Shown here in pieces: positions 11,785-24,214 of a stretch of DNA of 64,000 nucleotides. Source of the DNA: Calditrichia bacterium (GTDB lineage: Bacteria; Calditrichota; Calditrichia; JAJRVZ01); NCBI GenBank assembly GCA_963796965.1, contig CAWCNS010000005.1, forward strand, positions 928,001 through 992,000, read 5' to 3'. A model generated the notes under the pieces. That model was not told the origin of the DNA. It made no database searches and saw only the letters and a program-made list of their open reading frames with translations. Both the position numbers and the translations under genes were made by a program. Numbering within the stretch: the stretch's first letter is position 1; the number at the start of each line of letters is the position of its first letter.

Positions 11785-12649
11785 ATTCAGGCCTTTATTA
11801 TTATTATCTGCAACATTGTATATTTCTGAGTTATTGAGCGAGTTAAGTTGAAATGGGTTTAATTTATACTAAACTCCCACAGAACTTAATATATTTAAAA
11901 ATAATAGTGGTGACATTTGTCATAATCAGGCTTTTGTATCAAGATTCTCTCAAAAAGTCACATCTCTTCTAAAGTTATCTGGGATCTATTTGCACCCCTA
12001 CATCGATACCTGTGAATTCCTGCCTATTATTAATTAACGGAGGAGAGACTTTTATAACTGTATTCTGGCTGACAGTATTGCAATTCAGCAATTTCAGGGT
12101 TGGATTTATCCGCACTTGTGACTGCAGCTGTTTTTAATTCGCATAGGATATAAAATGCGTACTCATTAATTGATAATGAGCCTTTGGTTTTCTGAAATCA
12201 ATCACCATAGCCCTCTTCCGATAGTGTGGATGTAAATTACTAGAACATATCCTCGAAATGCCAAATATACTCGATAATACAAAGCTTCAAATTAATTTGC
12301 AATAAAATTATTATTAATTATAAGTCAAAAGGCTGGACCGCTTTTACACAAATAGGACATTTTTTGTGATCGATGATTTAAAACAAGAATTGCAGTAGAC
12401 AATGCCAACTTTATCAGTTGCACTCGCAAAATTTCGATGCACCGGTTCAGAAATCGGTTGGCACAAAACCAATTGTAAGACTTCTGCCGGATCAGTTAGT
12501 TTTTGTATAAATTTCAGAGATACAAATTGTATTTCATTTGCATCTTTAATATCGACAATAACTCCAGTCTTTCCATGCGCAATCCAGGTTTTCATGCCAA
12601 TATACCGCTTAATTATGCAACTTAAGTTAAGAATAACTAAAATGTTATC

Positions 12650-13664
12650 TCACTTAAATTGTTTTACATACTCTAAAAAATCTTTTGCTGTTTTATCTAA
12701 ATTTTCAATAGAACCGCCACCCTTTAGAACTTCACACATCTCATAAGATATATACCCCTGATAACCGATTTCTTTTAAAGTGTTTGATAAACATTTCATA
12801 GTCAATAATTCCCTCTTCCATGGGAACAGCGCGGAGGACATCCTCTTCACGGATATAATTGGTTAAATTATGATCATATCTGTAACGCGGCAAGCGAACA
12901 TATTGTGCTGCAATGGTATTGACGATAAATGGCTTCATCATTAGAATGGATTCCCGGATTTGCTCCGAGGTTAAACCTTCAAGAGTCGGTGACCAGGCAT
13001 CCCATCCGGCCTTCACATTTGGCAGATTCACTTCTGAGAGAAGCCAGTACATCGCTTCATGATGAAGGGCGATATCATGATGATTTTGTACCGCCAGGGT
13101 TACACCATATTTTGCTGCTTCTTTGCCAGCCATTTTCAATCCTTCAACCACCATGGCATATTGTTTGTCAAAGGGAATCCCCGGTCTTTCGTATCCGGTA
13201 AAAATCCGTACCATATTTGTCCCAAGATCACGTGCTAATTTCGCTACTTCTCCCACATATAAGGCCTGAATTTCAAGATGCGGTATGCCCGGTTTGTCAA
13301 TTCCGGCTGTAAAGTCCGTATATCCGGCCAGATACACGAGATCAAGTTTCAAATCAGCAATTTTTTTCTTTAATCGTTTGCGGTCTTCTTCATTGTAATC
13401 ATAAGGAGAGACATGCGGGCGCTTGGCCACAAGAGCAACACCGTCAAAGCCCAGTTCTTTTGCTTTTTCCAAGAAATCATCAACCGATAATCTTGAATGC
13501 CCCCGCCAAATACCGGCATAACTGACCGAATGAAGACAGGTTTTTAATTCAAAATCTTCACTTTTTCCGGTGGGAATCTCTTGTGCAAAAAGTGATGTCA
13601 CAAAAACACTAAACATCATAAACAGGGATAAGGAATAGACTTTTTTCGACATTATTGCCTCCAT
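12650..13664 (-). CDS. Sugar phosphate isomerase/epimerase (xylose-isomerase-like TIM barrel), frameshift ~12785
   Basis: AKELGFDGV, LAVQNHHD, GIIDY and GYQGYISYEMC motifs; N-terminal signal peptide. Confidence 0.85.
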
Positions 13665-13730
13665 TAAATATTGCGCATATCAATTGTATAATAGTTATTA
13701 CTATACTAAAAATCAAAATATCTGTTGAAG

Positions 13731-13998
13731 CCTTACGACTTACATGAACCAAATCGTTACCACCCAGTCGATCAATTCGTTTAACCCGTAACCAGGGAAT
13801 CGTGTAATTCGTAACAACCTCATCATTACGTCCGTAATGCGCTATCCCTTACGGTCGTATGAATCTAATTGTTACGACCTAGTCGATCTAATCGTTTAAC
13901 CCGTAACAAGGTAGTCGAGTAAGTCGTAACAGTCTCATCATTACGTCCGTAACGTGCTACCCCTTACGGTCGTATGAGTTTAACCATTACACCCGTAA
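13731..13998. repeat. Array of ~12 x 23-bp units (core TTACGNNCGTAA plus 11-bp linker) with a 115-bp higher-order repeat
   Basis: Cores start at 13733, 13757, 13780, 13803, 13826, 13849, 13872, 13895, 13918, 13941, 13964 and 13987. Confidence 0.9.
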
Positions 13999-14321
13999 GG
14001 ATTCTCCAGACATTAACTAAATGATTTGCTCTGTTTTAGAATATCAAATACTACTTTATTACCCCGCTGTTTATTTTTTCCTAACCAGTTGCAGGATTAG
14101 ATTATTTTTTTTGTTAATCTCTACGGATCCGGGAATTTTACATCAAATACCCTCGTTGTTTATTAATCATATAAGTCAATAAAAAACCTAAGGTAAAACC
14201 ACATAGATTTATGAATATTTATACATTAATTATGCAATCTTTATTGAAACCTTTTTATAGTATTCATTTCTTTTTAAAAAAAATCATTTATAATTCTCAT
14301 AACCCATAAGGAGCGTGCAAA

Positions 14322-14816
14322 ATGAACAACTCATTCAGCGTCGTTTTTCTCTTATTATTTATTTTTGGACTTCAACTAACCTCCTCTGCCAAGGATGAAC
14401 CAGACAAAATAAAAAAACTTTCCAAAGGGGCAGATGTTATCTTAACGGGCAAAGTATCCCATAAAAAGTCCAACTGGAACAAGGATAAAACACGTATATA
14501 TACCAATACAACAGTTGAGGTTGATGAATATCTTAAGGGTAAAAACAATCGTAAATCCGTTGAGATCACCACCCCGGGGGGCGAGGTTGGTGATATTGGC
14601 GAGGTTTATACCCATATGCCAAAGTTTGAAGTGAATGAAGAGGTTTTGGTATTCCTAAAAAAGGATCAGAACGATGAGACTTATCAGGTGTTTAGTGGTG
14701 AGGAAGGTAAATTAAAAGTGCATAAAGATACAATTACAAAGGAAAAAGTGACTAATACGGATATACGCTTTAAAGATCTCAAATCGCAGATTAAGAGTTA
14801 TCTGAGGGAAGAATAA
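14322..14816 (+). CDS. Secreted hypothetical protein, probable OB/TIMP-like fold
   Basis: Signal peptide, AAGGAG SD; ADVILTGKV...IYTNTTVEVDEYLKG...ITTPGGEVG...PKFEVNEEVLVFL. Confidence 0.65.
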   Translation: MNNSFSVVFLLLFIFGLQLTSSAKDEPDKIKKLSKGADVILTGKVSHKKSNWNKDKTRIYTNTTVEVDEYLKGKNNRKSVEITTPGGEVGDIGEVYTHMPKFEVNEEVLVFLKKDQNDETYQVFSGEEGKLKVHKDTITKEKVTNTDIRFKDLKSQIKSYLREE

Positions 14817-14985
14817 ATATTTTTTTACCACAGAGGACTCAGAGAAAAGTAAAAAGGTAAAAAAAAATAACGGAGATTTTTTTCTTTTGACTTTTGACTT
14901 TTGACGTTTGACTTTTCACTTTATTCGGATTCTTTACACTCTATCATCAAATATTTTAAACGATTCGTACCAACAGGGGGAAAAA

Positions 14986-17900
14986 ATGATAAACATTGTA
15001 CATAAATATTTTCAATCCGTATTTCTTATTTTACTTCTCACCTTCAGCACCACATCTTTTGCACAATCAAATAATAACGCTTTTGTTTTCAACGGTGAGG
15101 ACCAGCCAGATCTATATAAAAGATGGTAGCAAGGCAAATACTGATGCCGACCAGACCGGGTTTCAATTTTTTAATAGCAATGGAGGAAATAATCAAATAT
15201 CGGTCCAGGCCTGGATCTATCTCTTGGGCGATACACCTGCTGGTGTTGAAACACCGATTATTTACCGCTCAGTTGAAGGAGGCACAACATTTTCCCTTTA
15301 TGTAAAGAACAATAAGGGATATTTTTCTGTAGGAGATTCAGAGCCAGTCGTAACACCTGAATTTAATGCTTTCGGATGGGTGGCACTTACTGGTACTTAC
15401 GATGGAAATAATCTAAAGATTTATTTGGGTGGTGATTTAGTTGAATCTCAATCCTCCGTATCAACCACTACTGGCTATACAACAGTACCAAATGAGAGTG
15501 GATTGTTTATAGGTAAATCAAATACAGGTGCGATTAAGGGATTGATTGATGAGATCAGAATTTTTGATATTGCCTTAGGCGCAAACAACATTAACGGTTC
15601 GGGAGGAAATGGCAATCCCGCTGAGAATTTTCCCTCTTCCATTTCACAATACATACGCGGTCAATGGTCATTTTATGAAATTAGTTCTGGCGACGTACTG
15701 TCAGATTTATCTACCCTATAAAAACAATTTGATTGTAGATAATATAGATCAAATATTTCCAAGTAAAGAATTACCTTTTATAGTCGTCACTTCAACTTCG
15801 GATGAGCAAGATGCCTCACCGGGTGATGGTACTGCGGCTTCTACAAATGGCAAGGTCACCCTAAGATCTGCCATTGAAGAAACAAATGCTCTGGAAGGGA
15901 GCAAATAATTTATTTTTATATCACCGAAAGTGTCGACCAGTTATTCAACCCGCGACAGCATTACCATCCATCACTGAATCTGTAATAATAGATGGCACAT
16001 TTCAAAAAGGATATATCGACTCGCCCTTAGTCCAGGTGACCGGTGATTACGCCAGTATGACTCTAAGTGGTGGTGGGGCATTAAAAACCCTAAGTATCTT
16101 TAAATAGTTCATTGGGATTTTCTCTTACTCTTTCTTTGGTGGGTGGAAATACAATAGAATTGAATCAGATATACAGGACTATCCATAGGCTCCCCAGGTA
16201 ATAATATTAATGGTAATACGTTCTACAAATTCTGGAGTGATGGTATTGCATTACAAGTGGGGCTGAAAACAATTTGATCGGTGATTACTTTAGCCAATCA
16301 GATATTTGCAAACACCGGATTATGGGATATCCATCACTAATGTCAATGGAAATCAAATTGCAAACAATGTGATCAACCAGAATGGTTTAGGTGGTTTCTC
16401 AATTTCAAATAGTACTGGTATACTTAACGGCAATACAATATCTGCAAATACGGGTTTAGGGCTCACCGTGAATTCAAGTATGGGATTTGATGTAAGTAAT
16501 AATATTATTGACTCAAATACATGGGTGGTAATAATCATTATCCAACAACATGACAAATCTTACAGAAAACACATTAGAGAAAATTACTTTTCGGTATATC
16601 TTTAAATTTGCAAATGGTAATACCATAACTGAGAATATTATTGTTAATAATACAGGTAATGGAATTTTAGTAAACGGCAATGGGAACCAATTTATTAATA
16701 AGCAGTTTCCAGCAACACAGGCCTGGGAATAATGTCTCAGCCGGAATAGGAAATCAGGTTAAGCAATACATTTTCCTCAAACTTTTTAGGTGGCATATTA
16801 ATTTCAAATAGCACCGCAAGTATAAATCGGAAATTCAATTACAGGAAAATCCAAAATTTGGTATCTCTCTAAATACTGCAAATGAAAATAATATTTCCGA
16901 AAATACCATATCCGGGAACCCAAACGAAGGGATGATTATCAATGGCAATAACAATATCGTGGATGATAATACAGTTAATGAAAATATGGGGGTAGGATTA
17001 TCTGTAACTGGCGGAATAGGAAATCAAATTACAGCCAACACGTTCTCAACAAACAATTTGGGTGGTATATCACTATCAAATAGTACTGGTATTATTTCCG
17101 GTAATACTGTTACCGGAAATATGAGTTTTGGAATATCTTTGATGCAGCAAACAACAATACACTTTAAGGACAATGAAGTTTCAGGGAATTCAAGCCATGG
17201 ATTAATCATCAATGGCAGTGGTAATGATATCAACAACAATTCGATTTACAATAATGGTGTTTCCGGTACAGGAGTAGGCGTATTTGTTGAGTCGGGAAAC
17301 TACAATTCCATCCTTACTAATTGAATTTATGGATAATGCTTATCTGGGAATCCAAGTTAGCCCCTTCAGCAAATGATGGACAGGTCTTCCCTACCCTCAA
17401 CACCTTTTATTCCTGGCAGGACGAATCAGCCTTACCTGAAATCAAAGGCGGATTTTTTATTGAGGGTGTTCTTAACACTTCTCCAGGTGAAACTTATAAA
17501 ATTCAATTTTTTGCCAATGCTGATGCCAATCAGCGTGAAGGTAAACGCTATCTCGGTGAAATCGAGATTGGTTCTTCTGAATATACTGAAACCGATTTTT
17601 ATGCCAACCTTAAAGATGTTGTGGTCTTTGAAGGAGAAGTTGTAAGTGCGACAGCAACCAGATTAAATGCGGAGAGTAATCCTTTAAGCACTTCTGAATT
17701 TTCTGCAGCGGTTGATTTGAATGAAGATGACGGCCTTCATTATATTGTCAATACTACCCTTGCAGGTATTCCCCTGCACTGGAAAGATGGTGAAGGCGAT
17801 TACCAGATTGCACCATCAGTTAACGGTCGAGGTTACGATGATGAAATTGAGAGAGGATTTGACACCTGGAGTGGTTTACAACAGTTGGATTATACCCGTA

Positions 17901-20657
17901 AAAACTATTCTGATACAGAAGCATGGGGTGGAAATGCAGACGGTGTCAATAATATTGTATGGATATCACAGTCGACTGACTGGGTAGATCAAATTGGTGC
18001 ACCGACCAATGTAGCCGCGGTGACGCGTGTAAGATATAATGCCTTAAATGGTGAATTGATTGATGTCGACATCGCCTTTAACGGGGATCCGGTTTCCCTT
18101 ACCGGTCAGGGAGATTATGAATGGGCGGCTGATGGATCTGTGGATAAACTTGATGTTGAAAACACCGCCACCCATGAAATAGGACATTATTGTGGTCTTG
18201 GCGATCTCTATAATCCCGGCGATGAAAATTATACAAAGGATATGAAAAATAATAACCATCCCGCCACCATGTATGGCCGCATCGATGTCGGGGAAGATTA
18301 TAAACAAATCCTGCATCCTGGTTCATATTCCGATCAAATGGATGTAGAAGAATTTGACATAGGGGGTATCAACTATATCTATGAGAATATTGGTGAAGTC
18401 TATTACGACATCGCCCTGGTATTTGATGGTTCTACCAACTTTACCTCAGAGGATGTTCTTAATGGTTTTATACCTTCAAAAAATACAGCCGTTGAGTTAA
18501 TAACCAAATTAAGAATTGGTGACCGGATTGGATGGGTAAACGGCTCAATCACAGAACCTGTCAATGAAAATTTTCAGTCCAAACTGAATACTATCGACCT
18601 GATAGAACCAGATCCAGTGGGAGACCTGGCCGAGCGGATCCAGGATGCTTATGAATTGTTGTCCGCTGCTTCATCCAGCGATAATAAAAAGGTCATACTT
18701 TTATTCAGCGCCGGAGAGATTGCACCTGTTTCCTTAATAACTGAAATGGAAACAGATCCGGAGGTTAGAATTTTTACATTGGGATTTGAAGGATTGAATA
18801 CTGCGCAGGATCTGATGAGTTGGTTGGCCAATGAAACCAGAGGCGAGTATTATGAGATTGCGAGCTCGACAGAAATCTCCGCAGCAACAAATATAATCTG
18901 GCTGCGTTTGCTTGGCTTGCAGATTTCCTATCTCTCAGAAGAGATCAGTAGTGATTTGTTTCAAGATGGGCTGGCCTGGCAAGGTGGTTTAGCCTGGCAG
19001 GGTGGCCTGGCCTGGCAGGGTGGCTTAGCCTGGCAAGGTGGCCTGGCCTGGCAAGGTGGTCTGGCCTGGCAAGGTGGCTTGGCTTGGCAAGGTGGCTTAG
19101 CCTGGCAAGGTGGTTTGGCCTGGCAAGGTGGAACGCTTGAGATGGGTCTGGCCTGGCAAGGAAGTGAATATTCCTTAGTATTGCTACCACCGGGGATAGA
19201 GGTGACAAATCCACCAAATCTACCGGCAGAAGCCATTACGGAATTCAACTACAATTCTCCTGCAAATGCGGCCTATGAGATTGAAATTATAAATGGCTTT
19301 GATGCTTACGGCTATCCCTATAAATTTTTTAAGGTAAACAATCCAGGGTTAGGTGCATGGACCTATGCTGTATTAGAAGATGAAGGGCCTCCGGCTGGTC
19401 AAACAGAGCCCATACGTGTCTATATGGCAAATGAGTCAGACCTTGTTTTGGAGTTTAGATCCGATCAGGAACGCTATACTTTACAAGAAGATCAAAATGG
19501 CGATCCAATTCCGGTGCTGGTTAATATGGAAGCGAATTTATTTCAGGGTGGTGAAACAAGTGGGCTCGAGAACCATACGAAAACCGTTGGTGAACCGGTT
19601 AATGATGCCATAATCAGTCTTCAGATAACTGCACCAGATGGCCAGCAGAGTATTGGCTTCCTGAATAATATAGGAGATGGTATTTATACTATAAGCCTCG
19701 AAACGCCGCTAATTGGAAATTATGATATAGAGGTCATCGCTTCAGATAATGTTCCCGATGCGCAGAGCGGGTATAATAATAGCCAGTATGTGATAACCAC
19801 CGAACATTCTTTCTATATTTCCCCATATGTTAAACCAAAAGATTTTACAAACAAAGTATATATTGAAAATGCATTGGCAGAACTAACACAGATTATGGAG
19901 GATTATTGCCCCTCAAAACAGGCTTGTGAGTTAGATAATAAAACCAAAAGGAACCTAAACGGTGCTATTTCATTAATTACAAGTGCATTAGGATATTTTG
20001 AGAGCAATGGCAATGAGTCTCAAATCCAAAAAAGGATTAAACTTTTATGCCAATATTACTTCGGCCGTAAATGACATTTATGCCTATTTGGATGATCCTG
20101 AATTTGGAGGAAATATTGATGAGGCATTAGGTAATCTAATTGAAGGCACCTACAAAATAACCGTTTTAGCCAGGGACAATGCTGAGAATGGCGATTGCCA
20201 GGAATCAAATTGTGACGAGTTACTGAAAAATGCAAATGCAGAACTTGGCAAAGCGATAGATGATTCAAAACAGAACAACTATGTTTATATTTTCAATCAT
20301 CTGACCAATGCCTGGAAATTCTCGCTGAATATCCTCGGCGCAAATTTAAAGAAAGAGGCCATATTAAGTGATGGTGATAATTCTGTGATACCAACAGAGT
20401 ATAATTTATCTCAGAACTATCCGAATCCTTTTAATCCCACTACCAGAATAGATTTTCAGTTGCCTGAGAAGCGATATGTTTCCTTAAAGATCTATGATAT
20501 TCAGGGAAATCTGGTTACCACACTGGTCTCAAAAGAAATGGAAGCAGGATATCATAGTACTACCTGGGATGCGAATGGTTTTGCCAGTGGTGTTTACTTC
20601 TACAGATTTACCAGTGGTTCATTTGTGGCCACAAAAAGATTATTGTTGTTGAAATAA
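14986..20657 (+). CDS. Large secreted multidomain protein (multiple frameshifts): LamG, CSLREA-like, beta-helix, matrixin-like metzincin, VWA, GLAWQG repeats, T9SS C-terminal domain
   Basis: Signal peptide from ATG 14986; GLIDEIRIFD (LamG); VTLRSAIEETNA; Asn/Gly beta-helix repeats; HEIGHYCGLGD and ATMYG; DIALVFDGS; NYPNPFNPTT...KRLLLLK. Confidence 0.8.
18968..19162 (+). repeat. In-frame 18-bp tandem repeat encoding GLAWQG x9, plus one further copy
   Basis: Nine contiguous units at 18968-19129 and one at 19145-19162; differences are synonymous only. Confidence 0.95.
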
Positions 20658-20667
20658 TTTTATCATC

Positions 20668-20698
20668 GATGTAGTCCATCTTCAAGATGGACTACATC
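20668..20698. repeat. Perfect GTAG-type palindrome (REP-like or terminator)
   Basis: gatgtagtccatcttcaagatggactacatc. Confidence 0.75.
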
Positions 20699-20872
20699 TG
20701 TATAGAATATTTGACAGGATCACAGGATTAACAGGATTATATATTAATGTCTTTTGTATAAAGATTCCGAATTCCCGATCTCTGATCGGGAGAATGACAA
20801 TCAGGTCATCCTGAATCCTGTAAATCCTGTGATCCTGTCTAAATAAATAATAAAATGACATGACAGAAAACC

Positions 20873-23800
20873 ATGAAAAGAAAAATACTATTTTTAACCT
20901 CAGTTTACCTGCTACTCTTATCAAATCTTTTCGCCCAGCAGAATATTTCTTTTAATCACCTAACCATTGAAGACGGTTTATCACAAAGTTCCGTCACCTG
21001 TATCTTTCAGGACCAGAAGGGTTTTATGTGGTTTGGTACACAAGACGGACTCAACCGCTTCGATGGCTATACTTTCAAAATATTTAAAAACAATCCCTCT
21101 GATCCAACGAGTTTAAGCGAAAACTTTATCTTCTCGATATATGAACAACCCTCCGGTGCTCTCTATATTGAGACTCAAAGCAGTATATTCCACCAATATA
21201 ACCCAAGGGAAGAATCATTTCAGGTAGTTCAAAAAGACAGTACAAAATTTCTTAAAGCACGGATCAGTACGGTTGGTGCTCTGCTCCAGGAATCAACGGG
21301 TGTCATTTGGACTGGAGGACTCGGAAAAGGTATAGGCTTAGTACGAACGGATACAAAAACCGGCCAAATAACAACCTTTAATCATGATCCTAAAGATCCT
21401 ACAAGTTTAAGCGATGATAAAGTCTACTCTGTATTCAGGGACAAGTCCGGCAATCTTTGGGTAGGTACTTTTAATGGTCTTGACAAACTTGATGAGTCGG
21501 ACAGGCAAATTCTATCACTATCGAAATGATCCTAAAAACCCAAATAGCCTGCCAGATAATTGGGTATGGTCTATTAATGAAGATTCCCGTGGATATTTGT
21601 GGATTGGGACGAAAAAAGGTGGTTTATCCAGGTTTGACCCAAAATCTGAAAGTTTTGTTACTTATAAAAACGATCCCAATGATCCATCGAGCATCAATAA
21701 TAATTTTATTTTTTCGATTTATGAAGACCGCAGCTCCATGCTATGGGTGGGTACAAATTTAGGTGGGATAAATTATTTCCATCCCTCGGCAAATGTCTTT
21801 GAACATTACACCCATAATGATCCGAAAACAAAAACAGTCTTACTGATGATCTTGTAGCTTCCATGCTCGTTGATAGGAATGGTACCTATTGGATAGGAAC
21901 AAATAACGGCGGCCTAAATAAATTTGATCATCGAAAGAACACATTCACTCCTTATCTTCATAAACCTAAAAACAAAAACAGTCTGACCAGTAACTCAATC
22001 CAATCATTATTGGAGGACAGGTCAGGTATACTATGGATCGGAACGTATAGTGATGGCCTTAATGCCTTCGATCGCAAAACGGGAAAATTTACACATTTCA
22101 CACATAATCCTTCTGATCCCACATCTCTGTCGGATAACCGGATATATGCATTGGAGGAAGATAATACCGGTGATATTTGGATTGGAACATATGGTGGCGG
22201 TCTGAATAGGTTTGATAAAAAATCCGGTAAATTTATTCATTACCAAACATAATGAACAAGATCCCACATCATTGAGTTCCAACGCAACCTGGTCTCTTGC
22301 ATCAGGACGGATCAGGAACATTATGGATAGGTACATTTGGTGGCGGGATAAATGTTTTTGATGAGGAGAGTCAATTCTTTCGCCATTATAAAAATAATCC
22401 TGATGATTCAACCAGTATCATTTCAACAATATCATCAGAGTATTTAAAGACAGCAAAGATAATATGTGGTTTGGTTCAGTCGAAGGGTTTAAGCAGGTAT
22501 GTAAAGGAATACGGATAGTTTTATAAATTACGTTGAGAGTGACGGCCTGGCGAATAGTTTTGTTTATGGTATCGTTGAAGATAAACTGGGCAATCTTTGG
22601 TTAAGCACCAATAACGGATTATCAAAATTTAATCCCGAAAAAGAGAACTTTCAAGAATTATTATGATAAAGATGGTCTGCAGGGGAATGAGTTTAATCAA
22701 AATGCCTATGCAAAAGACGAAAAAACAGGTAATATCCTTTTTGGTGGTCCAAATGGATTTAATGTATTTAATCCGGATGATCTGAAGAGAGAATACCTAT
22801 ATACCTCCTATCGAATTTAGCGGATATCTGAGGTATAACACGGATGATGAAGAGGGTAAGCCAATTATTGAAAAAGGAATCTCTGAAAGAGATAGTATTA
22901 GACTTACTTATAAGGATAATATTATTACACTCAATTTTGCAGCGCTCAGTTATTACAATAATCTTGAGAACCAGTACAGGTATAAACTTGAAGGATTCAA
23001 CGAGAATTGGATTCAGTTAGGAAACAATCATTCCGTTACATTTACAAACTTATCTTCAGGTGAATATGATTTGCAGGTAATGGGTTCGAACAATGATGGT
23101 CTATGGAATGAAGAAGGAACATCCCTTGCTATTCTTGTTTCACCTCCCTGGTGGAAAACGAAGTTAGCCTACTTTCTATATTTTATTGCCTTCTTTACCT
23201 TATTATACAGTGTAAGACGTGTTGAGATTAAAAGACGTGAACAAAAAGCACAGATCAGAGAATCGGCCTTACGGATTAAAGCAACTGAAGCCGAAAAACA
23301 CGCCCTGGAAGTAGAAAATGAAAGAAAAACAAAAGAACTAGAAGAAGCACGGCAACTGCAGCTTTCCATGCTTCCAAAGGAGTTACCGGATCTTCCCGAC
23401 CTGGAAATCGCCGCCTTTATGCGCACGGCAACAGAAGTCGGTGGTGATTATTATGACTTTATTGTTCAGGAAGATGGTGTATTAAATGTTGCCTTCGGGG
23501 ATGCTACCGGTCATGGCCTGCAAGCAGGAACGATGGTAACATTGATGAAAGGATTTTTCACCTCTGATTCAACCAAATTCGGACTTCAGGATTTTATGAG
23601 CCATTGTACAAAAGTGATTAAAGAAATTAAACTTGGTAGAATATTAATGTCTTTTAGTTATTTAAAAATTGCCGACAAGGATCTTCAAATCACCAGTTGT
23701 GGCATGCCTCCGGTTTATTATCACCACAAAGAGTCAAATGAGTTGGAAGAAATCACTATCCAGGGAACACCCCTGGGTGCCATGCAAAATGCCAAATATA

Positions 23801-24045
23801 AAACGGAGGAACGGAAATTAAAAAGTGGTGATACCTTATTATTACTCACAGACGGATTGCCGGAACAGATGAATAATAGGGATGAAATGTTCGATTATCC
23901 ACGTGTAACAGAACACTTCACAAAAATAATCAATTATTCACCGGATGAAATAATAAAAAAACTTGTTGAAGCTGGTGATAAATGGATGAACGGCAGGGTT
24001 CAGGATGATGATATAACTTTTGTAGTTATTCGGGTAAAAGGATAA
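20873..24045 (+). CDS. Membrane sensor: two-component-regulator beta-propeller, Y_Y_Y domain, TM, PP2C/SpoIIE phosphatase (multiple frameshifts)
   Basis: EDGLSQSSV, repeated LWIGT.GGL motifs, SNNDGLWN, PPWWKT, EVGGDYYDF, GDATGHG, TDGLPE, DDITFVVI. Confidence 0.85.
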
Positions 24046-24102
24046 CCACGGATTTCACGAATTGAATCGAATTACACTAATTAAAATATTATTCATTAAT
24101 CT

Positions 24103-24187
24103 GTGGCCGTTCGCGAACGGCCACTACTAAACAATTACCTCCCCCATAATCCCCCTCCTTAGTAAGGAGGGGGAAATAGGGGGAGGT
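24103..24187. repeat. Two REP-like palindromes (GTGGCCGTTCGCGAACGGCCACTAC; CCCCCTCCTTAGTAAGGAGGGGG)
   Basis: Second copies at 32907..32931 and 32681..32730; related element at ~38176. Confidence 0.8.
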
Positions 24188-24214
24188 TATTAAATTTATT
24201 TTTGGATTCGATGG

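Noticed and set aside
11785..12340. Riboswitch (e.g. cobalamin) in the long leader of the TonB-dependent receptor
   Set aside because: No B12-box or other recognisable aptamer consensus found by eye; an Rfam scan would be needed
12344..12746. ORFs 12344..12595 (-) and 12402..12746 (+)
   Set aside because: No recognisable motifs, mutually overlapping, unsupported
13731..13998. Canonical CRISPR array or coding repeat
   Set aside because: The 12-bp degenerate core and 11-bp linkers are too short, linkers recur every 5 units, and no ORF spans the region
18945..19248. Minus-strand ORFs with CQAKPP/HLARP repeats
   Set aside because: Antisense shadows of the GLAWQG repeat; variation is synonymous only in the plus frame
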